Shown here piece by piece: positions 23,213-34,778 of a DNA stretch of 64,000 nucleotides. The translations under genes were made by a program, and so were the position numbers. Origin of the DNA: an uncultured delta proteobacterium (GTDB taxonomy: Bacteria; Myxococcota_A; UBA9160; UBA4427); NCBI GenBank assembly GCA_963822965.1, contig CAWGJT010000005.1, forward strand, positions 384,001 through 448,000, read 5' to 3'. Position 1 is the stretch's first letter, and each line of letters begins with the position of its first letter. The notes under the pieces are model-generated. The model did no database searches. It was not told the origin of the DNA and worked only from the letters and a program-made list of their open reading frames with translations.

Positions 23213-23527
23213 CGGGGGCAGACACCCGGGGCGGGGACGAATCGCGGGATCGTCGCTACCTTCCCGCGCCGGAACCCAGGCGCCGCCGGCGGCATCGACC
23301 GGAAGTGCGGGCCTCCTCCGCCCGCCGCAAGTCCCGACGCATCGCAAGTCCGCGAGACGCGCTCTCGATCGCGTTCATCCACCTCGTTCGATCTCACCCG
23401 AACTCGCCAACCCGTTCGCAGGATCGTTCCCGAAACCCTGCCAGCCCCACCCGACACCCGTTCCACCCCGCTTCGGCCACCGAAGCTCGGGCCGCAGGGC
23501 CCGACGACGAGCATGGAGAGACTGCCA

Positions 23528-25437
23528 ATGTCGAAGGAATGGACGTTCGAGGACAGCCTCGAGCTGTACAACGTGCCCAGCTGGGGTGGAGACTTCTTCA
23601 CCGTGAGCCAACGCGGGACGGTGCTGGTGGGGCCCCGGGGCGACCAGGGCCCCCGGGTCGACCTGCACTCCCTGGTGCTCGATCTCCAGCGCCGCGGGCT
23701 GCGAACGCCCATGCTGATCCGGTTCTCGGACATCCTCGCCAGCCGCGTGCAGGGGCTCAACGCCGCCTTCACCCGGGCGATCGAGGAGTACGGCTACACG
23801 GGACGGTTCCGCGGGGTGTACCCGATCAAGGTGAACCAGCAGCGCCACGTCGTCGAGGAGATCGTGCAGTACGGCGCGCGAGGCGGGGGTGGGCCTCGAG
23901 GCCGGCAGCAAGCCCGAGCTGCTGGTGGCGCTGGCGATCCTCGACACGCCCGGCGCCCTGGTCATCTGCAACGGCTACAAGGACAAGGCCTACATCGAGA
24001 CGGCGCTGCTGGGCCAGCGGCTCGGCCTCAACCCGGTGATCGTGATCGATCGCTACCGCGAGCTCGACCTGGTGATCAAGACGGCCAGCGAGCTGGGCAT
24101 CCGCCCGCGGATCGGGCTGCGGGCCCGGCTCTCGGCCCGGGGCGCGGGCAAGTGGGTCGAGAGCACGGGACGCCGCTCGAAGTTCGGCCTGAACCCGGCC
24201 GAGATCGTGGCCGCCGCCGAGCGCCTCAAGAGCGAGAACATGCTCGACTGCCTGGAGCTGGTGCACTCGCACATCGGCTCGCAGATCACGTCGATCCAGG
24301 CCCACAAGGAGGCGCTCAAGGAGGTGGGGCGCGTCTACGTCGGCCTCCACCAGCTGGGCGCGAAGCTCGGGATGCTGGACGTGGGCGGCGGCCTGGCGGT
24401 GGACTACGACGGCTCGCGCAGCCAGTTCCACTCGTCGAAGAACTACTCGCTCCAGGAGTACGCCAACGACGTCGTGGCCTTCATCCAGGAGGCCTGCGAC
24501 GACGCCGGCATCGCCTCGCCGGACATCGTGACCGAGTCCGGGCGGGCGATGGTGGCTCACCACTCGGTGCTGGTCCTCGACGTCCTCGAGGTGAGCGAGG
24601 TGCTGACCGACAAGGCCCCCGATCCGCTGGAGGAGGAGGCGCCCAAGGTGCTCTACGACCTGGTGGACGTCTGGGAGAGCATCGGACCGGACCGGCTGCA
24701 GGAGGCCTACAACGACACGCTCGGCCTGCAGGACGAGGCCGCCACGCTCTTCTCCCTCGGCTACCTCGGCCTGGCCGACCGGGGCCGCGCCGAGCGCCTG
24801 GTGCTGAGCTGCTGCGGCAAGATCCTGCGGGAGGCGCGCCGCCTCGAGGATCCGCCGGAGGAGCTCGCCGGGCTCGAGGAGCAGCTCGCCGACACCTACT
24901 ACGCGAACTTCTCGGTGTTCCAGTCCGTCCCGGACTCCTGGGCGGTGGACCAGCTCTTCCCGGTGATGCCGATCCATCGGCTCGACGAGCGTCCCACCCG
25001 CCGCGGGGTGCTGGCGGACCTCACCTGCGACAGCGACGGCAAGATCGACCACTTCATCGGCGACCGGGGCGGCAAGCCCATCCTCGAGCTGCACGCCCCG
25101 GACGGCCGGCCCTACCTGATCGGAATCTTCCTGGTAGGCGCCTACCAGGAGATCCTCGGAGACCTGCACAACCTCTTCGGGGACACCGACGCGGTGCACG
25201 TGCGACTGGACGGCGAGGGGGACGGGAGCTACACGGTCGAGCACGTCGTCGAGGGAGACGCGGTGACCGACGTGCTCCGGTACGTGCAGTACGACCCGAA
25301 GTCGTTGATCGAGCGGGTGCGCCGCACCACCGAGGCGGCCCTGCGCGACGGGACGCATCGGGATCGAGGATTCGGCCCGGCTGCGCGAACGCTATGCCCG
25401 CGGCCTGAACGACTACACCTATCTCAAGCACGAGTAG
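23528..25437 (+). CDS. speA: Biosynthetic arginine decarboxylase (frameshifted)
   Basis: VYPIKVNQ, GLEAGSKPEL, SKFGL, HIGSQI, FSVFQSVPDSW, DLTCDSDG, GAYQEILGDLHNLFG. Confidence 0.95.
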
Positions 25438-25565
25438 GCCCCTCAAGCACGAGTAGGCCCCTCAAGCACGAGTAGGCCCCTCAAGCACGAGTAGGCCCCT
25501 CGAGCACGAAGAGGCCCGATCCCGCTCGAGCACGAGCAGTGCCGATCTCGAGCACGAGCAGGATT
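25423..25565 (+). repeat. Tandem 19-bp repeat starting in the last codons and stop of speA
   Basis: CTCAAGCACGAGTAGGCCC x4 perfect (25423-25498), then three increasingly degenerate CTCGAGCACGA units. Confidence 0.92.
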
Positions 25566-25618
25566 CATCGCAGGCGCGAACGGGACTCGAGCAGGGCTCG
25601 TCCGGGGGAGCGGAAGGT

Positions 25619-26429
25619 TTGGGAAGCGCAGAGGTCCGCGTCCTCTCCTGGAACGTGAACGGCATCCGCGCCGTCGCGAGCCGGGGCTTCGGCCGCTGGC
25701 TCGGACGGAGCGGCGCCCACATCGTGGGCATCCAGGAGCTGCGCGCGCATCCCGAAGACCTGCCCCCGGCGCTCTCGCCGGAGCGGCTCGCCGGACGCTG
25801 GCACGCCCACTACAGCCCGGCCGAGCGCAAGGGCTACAGCGGCGTCGCCCTCTACTCCCGCCGGCCGCCGGACGCCCTCGACACCTCCCTGGGCGCTCCT
25901 CGCTTCGACCGGGAGGGGAGGCTGCAGATCGCCCGCTTCGGCCGTCTGGTGGTGGCGAACGGCTACTTCCCGAACGGCAACGGCAAGGAGCGCGACAACA
26001 GCCGCGTCCCCTACAAGCTGGCCTTCTACCGGGCGCTCTTCGACAAGCTCGAGCGCCTCCGGCGCGGCGGCTATCGCGTCCTCGTGATGGGCGACTTCAA
26101 CACGGCCCACACCGAGATCGACCTCGCCCGGCCGAAGGACAACCGCAAGACCAGCGGCTTCCTGCCCGTCGAGCGCGCCGAGCTCGACCGCTGGATCGCA
26201 GGCGGGCTGGGTGGACAGCTTCCGGCACTTCGAGCCGGGGCCGGGGCACTACTCCTGGTGGAGTCAGCGTCAGGGCGCCCGGGAGCGGAACGTCGGCTGG
26301 CGCATCGACTACGTGCTGGCGAGCCCCGCCGCCATGAAGTTCGTCCGGCGCGCCTTCATCCAGCACCGCACCCGGGGCTCGGACCACTGCCCCGTCGGCG
26401 TCGACCTCGACCCCGCCGTCTTCGGATGA
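25619..26429 (+). CDS. xth: Exodeoxyribonuclease III (one frameshift; start uncertain)
   Basis: SWNVNGIRA, QE, KGYSGVA, YFPNG, GDFNTAH, GWRIDY, GSDHCP. Confidence 0.92.
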
Positions 26430-26592
26430 GCGGCGAATCCTCCGGATTCGCGGCTTCCGAGGCGGACCCGAAACTTCGGACTCCGGGCGGGCCGCGGCGG
26501 CACCGACCTCCAGCCCGCCGTCTTCGACCAGCGGCGGCCAGCGACGATCGGAGGGCCTGGCGCGGCACCACCAGCCGCTACCATCCCGCGCC

Positions 26593-27492
26593 ATGCACGT
26601 CCGCGAGCTGTTCCAACAGGGCAGGACCGCCTGGTCCTTCGAGTTCTTCCCGCCGAAGACCCGGAAGGGGGCCGAGTCCCTCTTCCAGGCCATCGAGAAG
26701 CTCGAGGCCCTGCACCCCGACTTCGTCTCCGTCACCTACGGGGCCGGCGGGTCCACGCGCGACCTCACCCACGACCTGGTCCTGCGGATCAAGACGACCA
26801 CCCGCCTCGAGCCCATCCCCCACCTCACCTGCGTGCTCCACCGCGAGGACGAGGTCCAGGAGATCCTCGAGCGCTACGCCGCGGCGGGGGTGGGCAACAT
26901 CATGGCCCTGGGCGGGGACCCGCCCAAGGACCACGCGGGCTACGACCGCGCGGCCGACGCCTTCCAGCACGCCGCCGACCTGGTGCGCTTCATCCGCCGC
27001 TTCAACGAGCGCGGGCTCCACCCGCACGCCCCAGGCTTCGGAATCGGCGTCGCCGGCTTTCCGGAAGGACATCCCGCCACCCCCAACCGGCTGGTCGAGA
27101 TGGACCACCTGAAGGCCAAGGTGGACGCCGGGGCGGACTACATCTGCACCCAGCTCTTCTTCGACAACCGCGACTTCGACGACTTCCGCGAGCGCTGCGA
27201 GATCGCGGGGATCCGCATCCCGATCGTGGCGGGCATCATGCCCGTCACCACCCTCTCGGGCATGAAGCGCATGGCCGAGCTGGCCCTGGGCGCCCGCTTC
27301 CCGGCCGCCCTGCAACGCGCCGTGGCGCGCTGCGCCGACGACGCCGGCGTGGAGCGGGTGGGCGCGCACTGGGCGAGCGAGCAGTGCCGCGACCTGCTCG
27401 ACCACGGCGTCGCGGGCATCCACCTCTACACGCTGAACCGCTCGGACGCGGCCCTCGAGATCTACCGCAACCTGGGTCTCGCGAGCGCGTAG
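26593..27492 (+). CDS. metF: Methylenetetrahydrofolate reductase
   Basis: SFEFFPPK, FVSVTYGAGG, PHLTC, KVDAGAD..TQLFFD, HLYTLN. Confidence 0.95.
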   Translation: MHVRELFQQGRTAWSFEFFPPKTRKGAESLFQAIEKLEALHPDFVSVTYGAGGSTRDLTHDLVLRIKTTTRLEPIPHLTCVLHREDEVQEILERYAAAGVGNIMALGGDPPKDHAGYDRAADAFQHAADLVRFIRRFNERGLHPHAPGFGIGVAGFPEGHPATPNRLVEMDHLKAKVDAGADYICTQLFFDNRDFDDFRERCEIAGIRIPIVAGIMPVTTLSGMKRMAELALGARFPAALQRAVARCADDAGVERVGAHWASEQCRDLLDHGVAGIHLYTLNRSDAALEIYRNLGLASA

Positions 27493-27543
27493 CCGGCTAG
27501 CGCGGGACCCCGGACCCGGGCCCGTCCCCGGAGCGCGTCCGGG

Positions 27544-30500
27544 TCAGAAGGTGTAACGCACCCGCGCCCACACCTCGTCCCGGTCGCGCACGATGGCGAG
27601 GCCGCCCTCGCGCAGCGACTTGTAGAGGGCGTCCGGGGCGGCCTCGTTGCGGTTGGCCGCGGGGGCCACGCCCGCGAGCTGCTCGTCGATGTAGTCGGGC
27701 TTGCCGTAGAAGAACGCCAGGCCCACGGCGGCCGAGAAGTTCTCGGTGAAGCGGTAGCTGATGCTCGGAAGCAGCGCGCCCGACTGGGTGTTGAAGTCGT
27801 AGACCGTGGTCAGGCTCGGGGTGAGCCGGTCCTGGAAGTAGCCCGTGGCCACCGCGAAGGTGGTGAGGAAGCTCCAGGGGCCCTCGTCCGTGTAGCCCTT
27901 CTGCCAGCCCTGGCGGTAGCGCATGAACATCTGCCAGTTGAAGAAGAAGGTGCGGTTCGCATTGAGGAAGTTGATGAAGGTGGGCCGGTCGACGGAGAGC
28001 GTCAGGTTGAAGTCGTTCGCGGTGTCGAGGTCGTCGTACTGGTTCCGGTTGGCGACCTGCACGCCCTCGATCCACGTGAACTCCATGCTGAAGTTCGCCT
28101 TCGAAATGTCCTCCGCGAAGTCCATGGAGAAGCCCAGCACGTTGCGCTTGTTGTAGGTGAGGATCGCTTCGCCGCCGGACTGCCAGGCCATGGTGCGCCG
28201 CCCCTCGGTGCCGTTGCCACCCGCCTTGCGGACGTTGCGCTGGAGCCCGATGGTGCCCTGCAGGGTGCGGAAGGTCTCGCACAGCGCGGGGTTCGCGAAG
28301 CTGCAGTTGTCGGGGTCGAGGAAGACCTGCCGGGCCTGCTCGTAGGGCGAGAGGGAGCAGAAGGCCGGGCTCGAGTCGACGGCGCAGTCCGCCACCATCT
28401 CGTCGTAGACCGCCTGCTGCTCGAGCTGGATGATCAGCACCATCAGGTTCCAGGAGACGGCCGCCATCTCGCTCGACCAGGGCTGCCCGGTCATGGGGTG
28501 ACCGCCGCGCGCGCAGGGGACGAACTGGGCGCCTCCGTACTCCGCGACGAGGGCGGCGGGGTAGTTGCTCGTGTCGCAGCTGTCGAAGGCGAGGCCGGCG
28601 GCACGGGCCGGGCTGCCGGCGGTCCCCTGGGTGCCGAAGATGGCCTGGACGGTGAGCGGGAAAGGCGACGGCGCGTAGAAGAAGTCGGGCGCCTGGATCT
28701 GCGTGCCCCCGATGTCCCGGGGCGGGGGCAGGAAGACGGTTCGGCCCTGCGGGAAGTTGTTCCCGGAGTAGTTCAGGTTCTGCATGCCCAGGTTGTCGGG
28801 AGAGCCGTCCTGGGCGAGATCGTAGCTGCGGGGGTCCACGCGGGCGCTGCCGAAGTCGCCGAGCCCGGTGCAGCCGGCGGTCACCGTGTTGCCGCCGTTG
28901 GCGGCGCGCTCGCGCGCGCAGTCGAGGTCCTTGCCGTAGAGGTTGAGGGCCAGGATCTGGTTGGCGCCCGCGAAGGCGGGATCATTCGGGTCGCGCTTCC
29001 ACTTGCGCCGGCAGCCCGGCAGGATGGCCTGGTTGCCGTTGGCGTCGTCGTTCTCGAGCGGGTCGCTCGAGTAGGCGTACAGGGCGCCGCCGAAGTTGCC
29101 CGTGGTGCACACGGGCGAGATCGAGTGCTCGCGGGTGCGGTCGAAGTACCAGCCGCGGGTGCCCGGCTGCTGGGCGAAGACCTGGCCGCCGGTGACCGGG
29201 CTCGTCACCCGCTCGTTCGTGTGCCAGATGGTCGTGATGTCGCCGTGCTGGACGGTGCCCTCGATGCCCGGCCAGGACTGGTAGAGGGCGCTGCCCTCGG
29301 CGGTCAGCAGGTCGATGCCGGCGTCGTCGCACTGGGTGCCCCAGTAGGGCCCGCAGCCCAGCAACGCCTCCTGGGCGGGGGACAGGTTGCCGCCCAGGGT
29401 CTGGGAGACCCGCAGGCTGCCCGAGGAGTCGTAGGCGCTGATGACCGGCGAGCCCAGCAGGCCGCGGCCCTGGCCGCCGCAGGCCACCGACGGGAAGTTG
29501 TCCGCCGGGTCGGCGTCGTAGGCGTCCGCGTCGTACATGCAGGGCGAGGTGGAGCCGTTGGTGGGGGGATTGTCGAGATCGTTGGGGTCCACGTTGAGGC
29601 GCACGAACGGGAAGAGGAAGCCCCCCGCCGACCCGCCCTGCGTGTTGTTCACGAACGGGCTGCCCGCCAGCAGGGCGCCCAGGCCCTGGGAGATCGTGAT
29701 CACGCCGGGGATCACCTCCTCCTGGCTGCCGAAGACGTTGAGCCCGCAGGCCGAGCGGTCGAGGTCCGAGAAGCCCACGGTGGTGGCGCACGTGTAGGCG
29801 AAGATCTGCTGGGCGACCGCGGAGTGGGTGAGGCCCTCGAGCTCGCTGCCCAGATCGAGGAAGCCGTCCCCGTCCACGTCCTCGCCTGGATCGAGCACGC
29901 CGTTGCCGTTCAGGTCCTCGTAGACGTTGCGCGTGCTGATGCTGCCGTCGCCGTCGAGGTCTCCCTTGGGCAGCAGGCAGGGCGACTCGAGGCCGGTCAG
30001 GCAGCGGCCCTGGGTGCCCACCTGCTCGATGTTGGTGACGGGCTGCCCGGTGTACGGGTCGACGCTGGGCCGCCGCGTGCGCAGGTTGCTGAAGATCTCC
30101 CGCGGGCGGCCCGACACGGGATCGACGTTGCGCGTGTAGGTCGTGATCTTCGTGACGGTGGGCACGTCCTCGTAGCCCCACCAGTCCATCAGCGCGAAGC
30201 TGAAGCGGTCGTAGCGCCACTCGAGCCGGGCACCCACCTCCCAGCCCTTGAGGCTCTCCCACGGCGAGGGGGGCTTCTCGACGCCGGCGATGCCGAAGCC
30301 GAACACGCCGTGGGCGAAGCCGCCGAAGGTGAGCTGGCACGTGACGTTGGGCGCGTAGGGCTCGCCGCAGGCGCCGATGTCCGTCTGCTGGTAATCGTCG
30401 AAGTTGAACGCCAGCTCGAGACGCACGTCGTCGATGGGGCCCACCTCGTAGAATGCCCACACGCCCCGCGCCGACCACAGGGCGATGCGCGACTCCTCGA

Positions 30501-31827
30501 GGCTCGGCAGCGACGCGATCGCGGCGTCGGTCGGGTTGAACTGGTCCGTGGTGCGGAAGAGCTCGGTCTTGCCCCAGACGATCTGCTGGCGCCCGATGCG
30601 CAGCCACAGCCGGTTGTCGAAGGTCTCGATGTCGAGATAGGCCTCCTTCAGCTCCTTCTCGTCCTGCTGGGAGGCGCCGCGGTTCCACTCGCGCCGGGCC
30701 TGGCTGATGTTGTAGTCGTTCTCGAAGGGCGAGACGTTTCCGCTCTCCAGGGCGCGCCCCAGCGTGTAGGAGGGCAGGTAGATGCCGCGCGGGTCGCTGG
30801 CCGCGCCCGCCTGGTCCACCCCCGCGCCGTCCTCGCGGAAGAGCGGGACCGGCCGATAGGGAAGCTCGCCCGCCCCCACCGCCGCCTGGCCCGCGGCCGT
30901 CGCCGCGACGACCAGGGCGTCCAGGGCCACCGGGTCCACGGGCGTGCCGTCGGGGTTGAACTGGGGGTCCGCCTCCAGGATCAGCCCGTTGTACACCGAC
31001 GCCTGCAGCGCGTAGCTGCCGGTGCGGTTGTCGAAGGGGTTGCCCACGCTCGCCCCGGGGCCGTTCGACAGGAACTGGTTCTTCGGCAGCCACGGGCCGA
31101 ACCCGGCCTGCCGGGCGGGCGCCGCGAAGCGGAAGTCGAAGTAGCCGCCCGCGCGGGCGATGGCCTCGTAGGGGTTGTCGTTGTCGGGCCAGATCGAGGA
31201 GACCGCGCTGCCGCCGGCCAGGTAGTTGCACAGGGTCCCGAGGTCGCAGGTCTCGACGGGGCTGAAGCCGTCGGCGCCGGCGCCGTTGGCGAAGATGGCG
31301 AGCACGGGGTCGTTGGGGCCGGCGAGGGGATCCCGGTTGGTGCCGCGTCCCTCGACGAAGTTCAGGTACTGGTCGGGCAGCTCGGGATCGTTGGCGACCC
31401 GGATGCGGCCGCTCTGGCGAACGCGGTTGGAATTGAGCAGCCGCCGGGGCAGGCTCTTCGAGCGGTCTCCGTAGAGATCCATGCTGCGGAACATCCCGCA
31501 GCCGCGGGAGTAGATGCAGTCGTAGCGCACCTCGGCGCGCACGTAGGCGGACATCAGGTCGATGGGACCGACGGTGTCCTGGACGAGGTCGAGCTCCAGC
31601 TCGAGGTTGAAGATCATCCACCACTGGGAGACGTCCCACTGCTCGGAGAAGTCGGCGTTGAGCGCGCGGAACTGGCTCTCGAAGAAGCCGTTGGCCTGCA
31701 GCCGCCCGTTGAACGCCTCGAAGGCCTGCGCCCGGGAGCCTGCCAGCAGCAACGGCGCGACGCAGAGGACGAGCCCCCACGCCGCGAACCTCTCGACGCC
31801 CCACCGAGAAGAACGTCCCCGAGCCAT
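27544..31827 (-). CDS. Giant DUF1302-like outer-membrane protein, paralog 2 (1427 aa)
   Basis: Intact ORF with signal peptide; shares long blocks with paralog 1; ends ..RVRYTF. Confidence 0.82.
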   Translation of the reverse strand: MARGRSSRWGVERFAAWGLVLCVAPLLLAGSRAQAFEAFNGRLQANGFFESQFRALNADFSEQWDVSQWWMIFNLELELDLVQDTVGPIDLMSAYVRAEVRYDCIYSRGCGMFRSMDLYGDRSKSLPRRLLNSNRVRQSGRIRVANDPELPDQYLNFVEGRGTNRDPLAGPNDPVLAIFANGAGADGFSPVETCDLGTLCNYLAGGSAVSSIWPDNDNPYEAIARAGGYFDFRFAAPARQAGFGPWLPKNQFLSNGPGASVGNPFDNRTGSYALQASVYNGLILEADPQFNPDGTPVDPVALDALVVAATAAGQAAVGAGELPYRPVPLFREDGAGVDQAGAASDPRGIYLPSYTLGRALESGNVSPFENDYNISQARREWNRGASQQDEKELKEAYLDIETFDNRLWLRIGRQQIVWGKTELFRTTDQFNPTDAAIASLPSLEESRIALWSARGVWAFYEVGPIDDVRLELAFNFDDYQQTDIGACGEPYAPNVTCQLTFGGFAHGVFGFGIAGVEKPPSPWESLKGWEVGARLEWRYDRFSFALMDWWGYEDVPTVTKITTYTRNVDPVSGRPREIFSNLRTRRPSVDPYTGQPVTNIEQVGTQGRCLTGLESPCLLPKGDLDGDGSISTRNVYEDLNGNGVLDPGEDVDGDGFLDLGSELEGLTHSAVAQQIFAYTCATTVGFSDLDRSACGLNVFGSQEEVIPGVITISQGLGALLAGSPFVNNTQGGSAGGFLFPFVRLNVDPNDLDNPPTNGSTSPCMYDADAYDADPADNFPSVACGGQGRGLLGSPVISAYDSSGSLRVSQTLGGNLSPAQEALLGCGPYWGTQCDDAGIDLLTAEGSALYQSWPGIEGTVQHGDITTIWHTNERVTSPVTGGQVFAQQPGTRGWYFDRTREHSISPVCTTGNFGGALYAYSSDPLENDDANGNQAILPGCRRKWKRDPNDPAFAGANQILALNLYGKDLDCARERAANGGNTVTAGCTGLGDFGSARVDPRSYDLAQDGSPDNLGMQNLNYSGNNFPQGRTVFLPPPRDIGGTQIQAPDFFYAPSPFPLTVQAIFGTQGTAGSPARAAGLAFDSCDTSNYPAALVAEYGGAQFVPCARGGHPMTGQPWSSEMAAVSWNLMVLIIQLEQQAVYDEMVADCAVDSSPAFCSLSPYEQARQVFLDPDNCSFANPALCETFRTLQGTIGLQRNVRKAGGNGTEGRRTMAWQSGGEAILTYNKRNVLGFSMDFAEDISKANFSMEFTWIEGVQVANRNQYDDLDTANDFNLTLSVDRPTFINFLNANRTFFFNWQMFMRYRQGWQKGYTDEGPWSFLTTFAVATGYFQDRLTPSLTTVYDFNTQSGALLPSISYRFTENFSAAVGLAFFYGKPDYIDEQLAGVAPAANRNEAAPDALYKSLREGGLAIVRDRDEVWARVRYTF

Positions 31828-32126
31828 TTGATCTCCTCTTCCCAGATGGCTCGCCAGACGACCTGGCGCACGGCCGGAGTCGCAAGGCGATTGCGGGACG
31901 CGCGCTGGCGCGGACCGCGGCGTTTTGCCCGACCTATGCGATCTCCGGCTCCTCCCGGTGCGGGAACCGCAGCGCGGGCGCTGCGCCGGATCGGCGCACG
32001 CCGCGGCCCTTCGTCGTTCGACACGTTCGGGTTCGGCCGGGGAGGTCCGGACGCGTGCACGGTGGCCCCGAGGGCCCCGCCCGGGCGGGCGGCGAACGTG
32101 CGCGAATCGGCCGTAACCATGCGGCC

Positions 32127-32156
32127 ATCTTATGAATATATTCCGAAGCAAGTCAA
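32127..32156 (-). promoter_or_regulatory. Putative sigma70 promoter for DUF1302 paralog 2
   Basis: Minus strand TTGACT-N18-TAAGAT in an AT-rich patch ~300 bp upstream of the start. Confidence 0.45.
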
Positions 32157-32345
32157 AAGATTTCCGGCCCGAGTTGCGACTGCCGACGCACTCCCGACCG
32201 CCGCCGGCCGACCCTGCGTGTGGGATCGCATCGACGCACAACCGACACGCGAATGAGTAAGGCGAAGAAGTGTCTAAGCGCCCGCACCGGGGGCGTTTCT
32301 GACTCGCAGTCGCGTTCGGGCGGAGCGCTTGCCCCGCGGGTGGGA

Positions 32346-34534
32346 TCAGATCCGGGCCGACCGGAAGGCCGACCAGCGAGCGAGTGCGGCCAGGGAGCCG
32401 ACCGCCCGATGTGCGCTCGGATAGCAGACCCGGCCCGCCTCCCGGACGCCGCGCACCCCGGCGTTGTCCCGGTCCGCGAAGACCAGCTCCGTGGCCGACA
32501 GGACGGGCTTGCCGTGACGCACCGATGCGTCCCGCGCCGCCACCGCATAGCGAGCGTCCTGGCGCTCGTGGAAGTCGGCGATGCGCGCGATGCCCTCCTC
32601 GCCGGCGAAGGGACCCGAGAGGAACGCGCGCGCCTGGGCGGACTGGATGCCGAGACCCAGGTGGATCATCGCGTCCACCTCGGGATGCGCGCACACGAGG
32701 TCCATCACCTCGGGGATGGTGTCCCGGGTCTCGCCGCCCGCGAGGTCGATGGGGTTGTTGCGGCTCCAACGCGCCGGAACCATCTCGTCGATGCGCGCGC
32801 GGATGTCGTCGGGCAGCGGGATCAGCTCGAGCCCCGCCGCCGCGCAGGCGTCCGCCGCGAGCACGCCCCAGCCCCCGACGCTGGTGAACACGATGGTGCG
32901 CCCGCCGCGCGGCAGGGGCTGGGTGGCCAGGGTAGCGGCCCACTCGAAGGCCTCCTCGACGGTGGGCGCGCGCAGGATTCCGAGCTGCCGGCAGAGCCCG
33001 TCGAAGACGCGGTCGTCGCTGGCGAGGGCGCCCGTGTGAGCTGGCCGCGGCGCGCTTGCCCGCCTCGCCGACGCCGCCCTTCACCAGCACCAGGGGCTTG
33101 CGCGCCGTGAGCCGACGCGCCGCCCGACGGAACGCGTCGCCGTCGCGGATGCCCTCGACGTAGACGAGGGCCGACGTCGGTGTCGGGATCGACCGCGAAG
33201 TAGTCGAGCAGCTCCGCGAGCGAGGTCTGGGCCGAGTTGCCGAGGGAGACCGCCTTGCTGAACGCCCACGCCGGTGGCCACCGCGTAGTTGAGGTACGAG
33301 GAGACGAGATTTCCGCTCTGGCTCGCGACGCCGATGCGGCCCGTGCGGCGGGTACGGCGCCACGATCTGCGCGCACATCGAGGCCGGCGTCGAGATCACG
33401 CCCTGTCCGTTCGGCCCGATCAGCAGCATGCCCAGCTCGTCGGCCACGGCCGACCAGCTCGCGCTGGAGCGCGGCGCCCGCCTCTCCCGACTCGGCGTAG
33501 CCGGCGCTGGCCACGAAGGCGGCGCGGACGCCCTTCTTCGCGCACTCGCGCAGCAGCTCCACGTTCGCCCGGTTCGGGCGTGCACACGAACACGAGGTCC
33601 GCCCGGCGGTCCGGGATGGCCGCCACGGAGCGGAAGGTCTCGTGGCCGAGCACCTCGGCGCCGTCCGGCTTCACCGCGAAGAGCTCGCCCGAGTAGCCGA
33701 AGCGCAGGAGGTTGTGGAGCGTCACGAAGCCGAACTTTCCCGGATGGCTGGAGACGCCCGCAACGACGATGCCGCGCGGATGGAAGAGCGGACGGAAGCG
33801 CTCGAGGATCTGCGTCGTCGGACGCCGGCTCCGGCTCCGGCGCGGCGGCGGCGTCGTCCGGCGAGCTCCCGCACCTCCACGAGCGCGTCCACGGCGACCG
33901 GCTCGGCGCCGCGCAGGATCAGCGGGGTTCAGGTCGACGCTGCGCGACGTCCGGCCGCTCGAGGGCCAGGCGCGAGAGCCCCACGAGCAGGCGCCGCGAG
34001 CGCGTCCTCGTCGGCCGGGGGATCGCCGCGGAAGGGCCGGGTGAGCAGGTGGCTCGCGGCCAGGGAACGGATCATGCGCCGGGCCTCGGCGGCGCCGAGC
34101 GGGCGCCGCCGCGAAGACCACGTCCCCGAGCGCCTCGGTCAGGATGCCGCCCAGGCCCAGCATCACGCAGGGGCCGAACTGCGGGTCGCGCACCAGGCCG
34201 GCGATCAGCTCGCGCCGGCCGCGCACCATCTCGGAGACGAGCAGCTGCACCTCACCGTCCTCGGGGCGCACGAGGGCCAGCAGCTCGCGCGCCGCCTCGC
34301 GCACGGCCCCCGCGTCCGCGAGCCCGAGACGGATGGCGTCGCGCTCGGTCTTGTGGGCGATGCGGTCGCCACACAGCTTGACGGCGACCGGAAAGCCCAC
34401 GTCCTGCGCGGCCCGGACGGCGCCGTCCGCGTCGCCTGCCAGCGGCTTCGCGCGTGGTGGGAATGCCGAAAGTTCGCGAGCAGCGCCTTCGAGGCGTGCT
34501 CCGAGAGCGTGCGAGAGGAGTCGGATTCCTGCAT
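32346..34534 (-). CDS. ADP-forming acyl-CoA/acetate--CoA ligase with N-terminal ATP-grasp and CoA-binding domain (heavily frameshifted)
   Basis: LSEHASK, GFPVAVK..HKTE, RDPQFGP, FHPRGIVVAGVS, IGPN, SLGN, NNPIDLAG. Confidence 0.85.
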
Positions 34535-34778
34535 GGGGGCGGGAGCTTAGCCGCCTTCTTCCGGCGCGGCCCGGGGGAGCCGGTCAGCCTGGCGGCCCGT
34601 CCCGCCGATGGACTGGGGACGGGATCGCCGTGCGGCGGCGGGCGACCCGTCTATGATCGGCGTGCGCCGACGCGGCGCGCGGCTTCCGGATCCCCCCTCT
34701 CGGAAGCCCCTTTCGGAAGCCCCGTCGGAGGCGCGCCGGGAGGAGTCGGGACGCGGCGCCGGCACCAGGGGGGAATCG

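Noticed and set aside
25423..25565. CRISPR array
   Set aside because: Units are directly tandem without unique spacers, only 19 bp, and there are no cas genes.
26430..26592. SAM/SAH riboswitch upstream of metF
   Set aside because: Only small hairpins; no recognisable SAM-I/II or SAH consensus. An Infernal/Rfam scan would be decisive.
34535..34778. Glycine riboswitch upstream of the AGCS symporter
   Set aside because: No aptamer consensus found; only a short degenerate CCC..TCGGA(A/G)G repeat x3.
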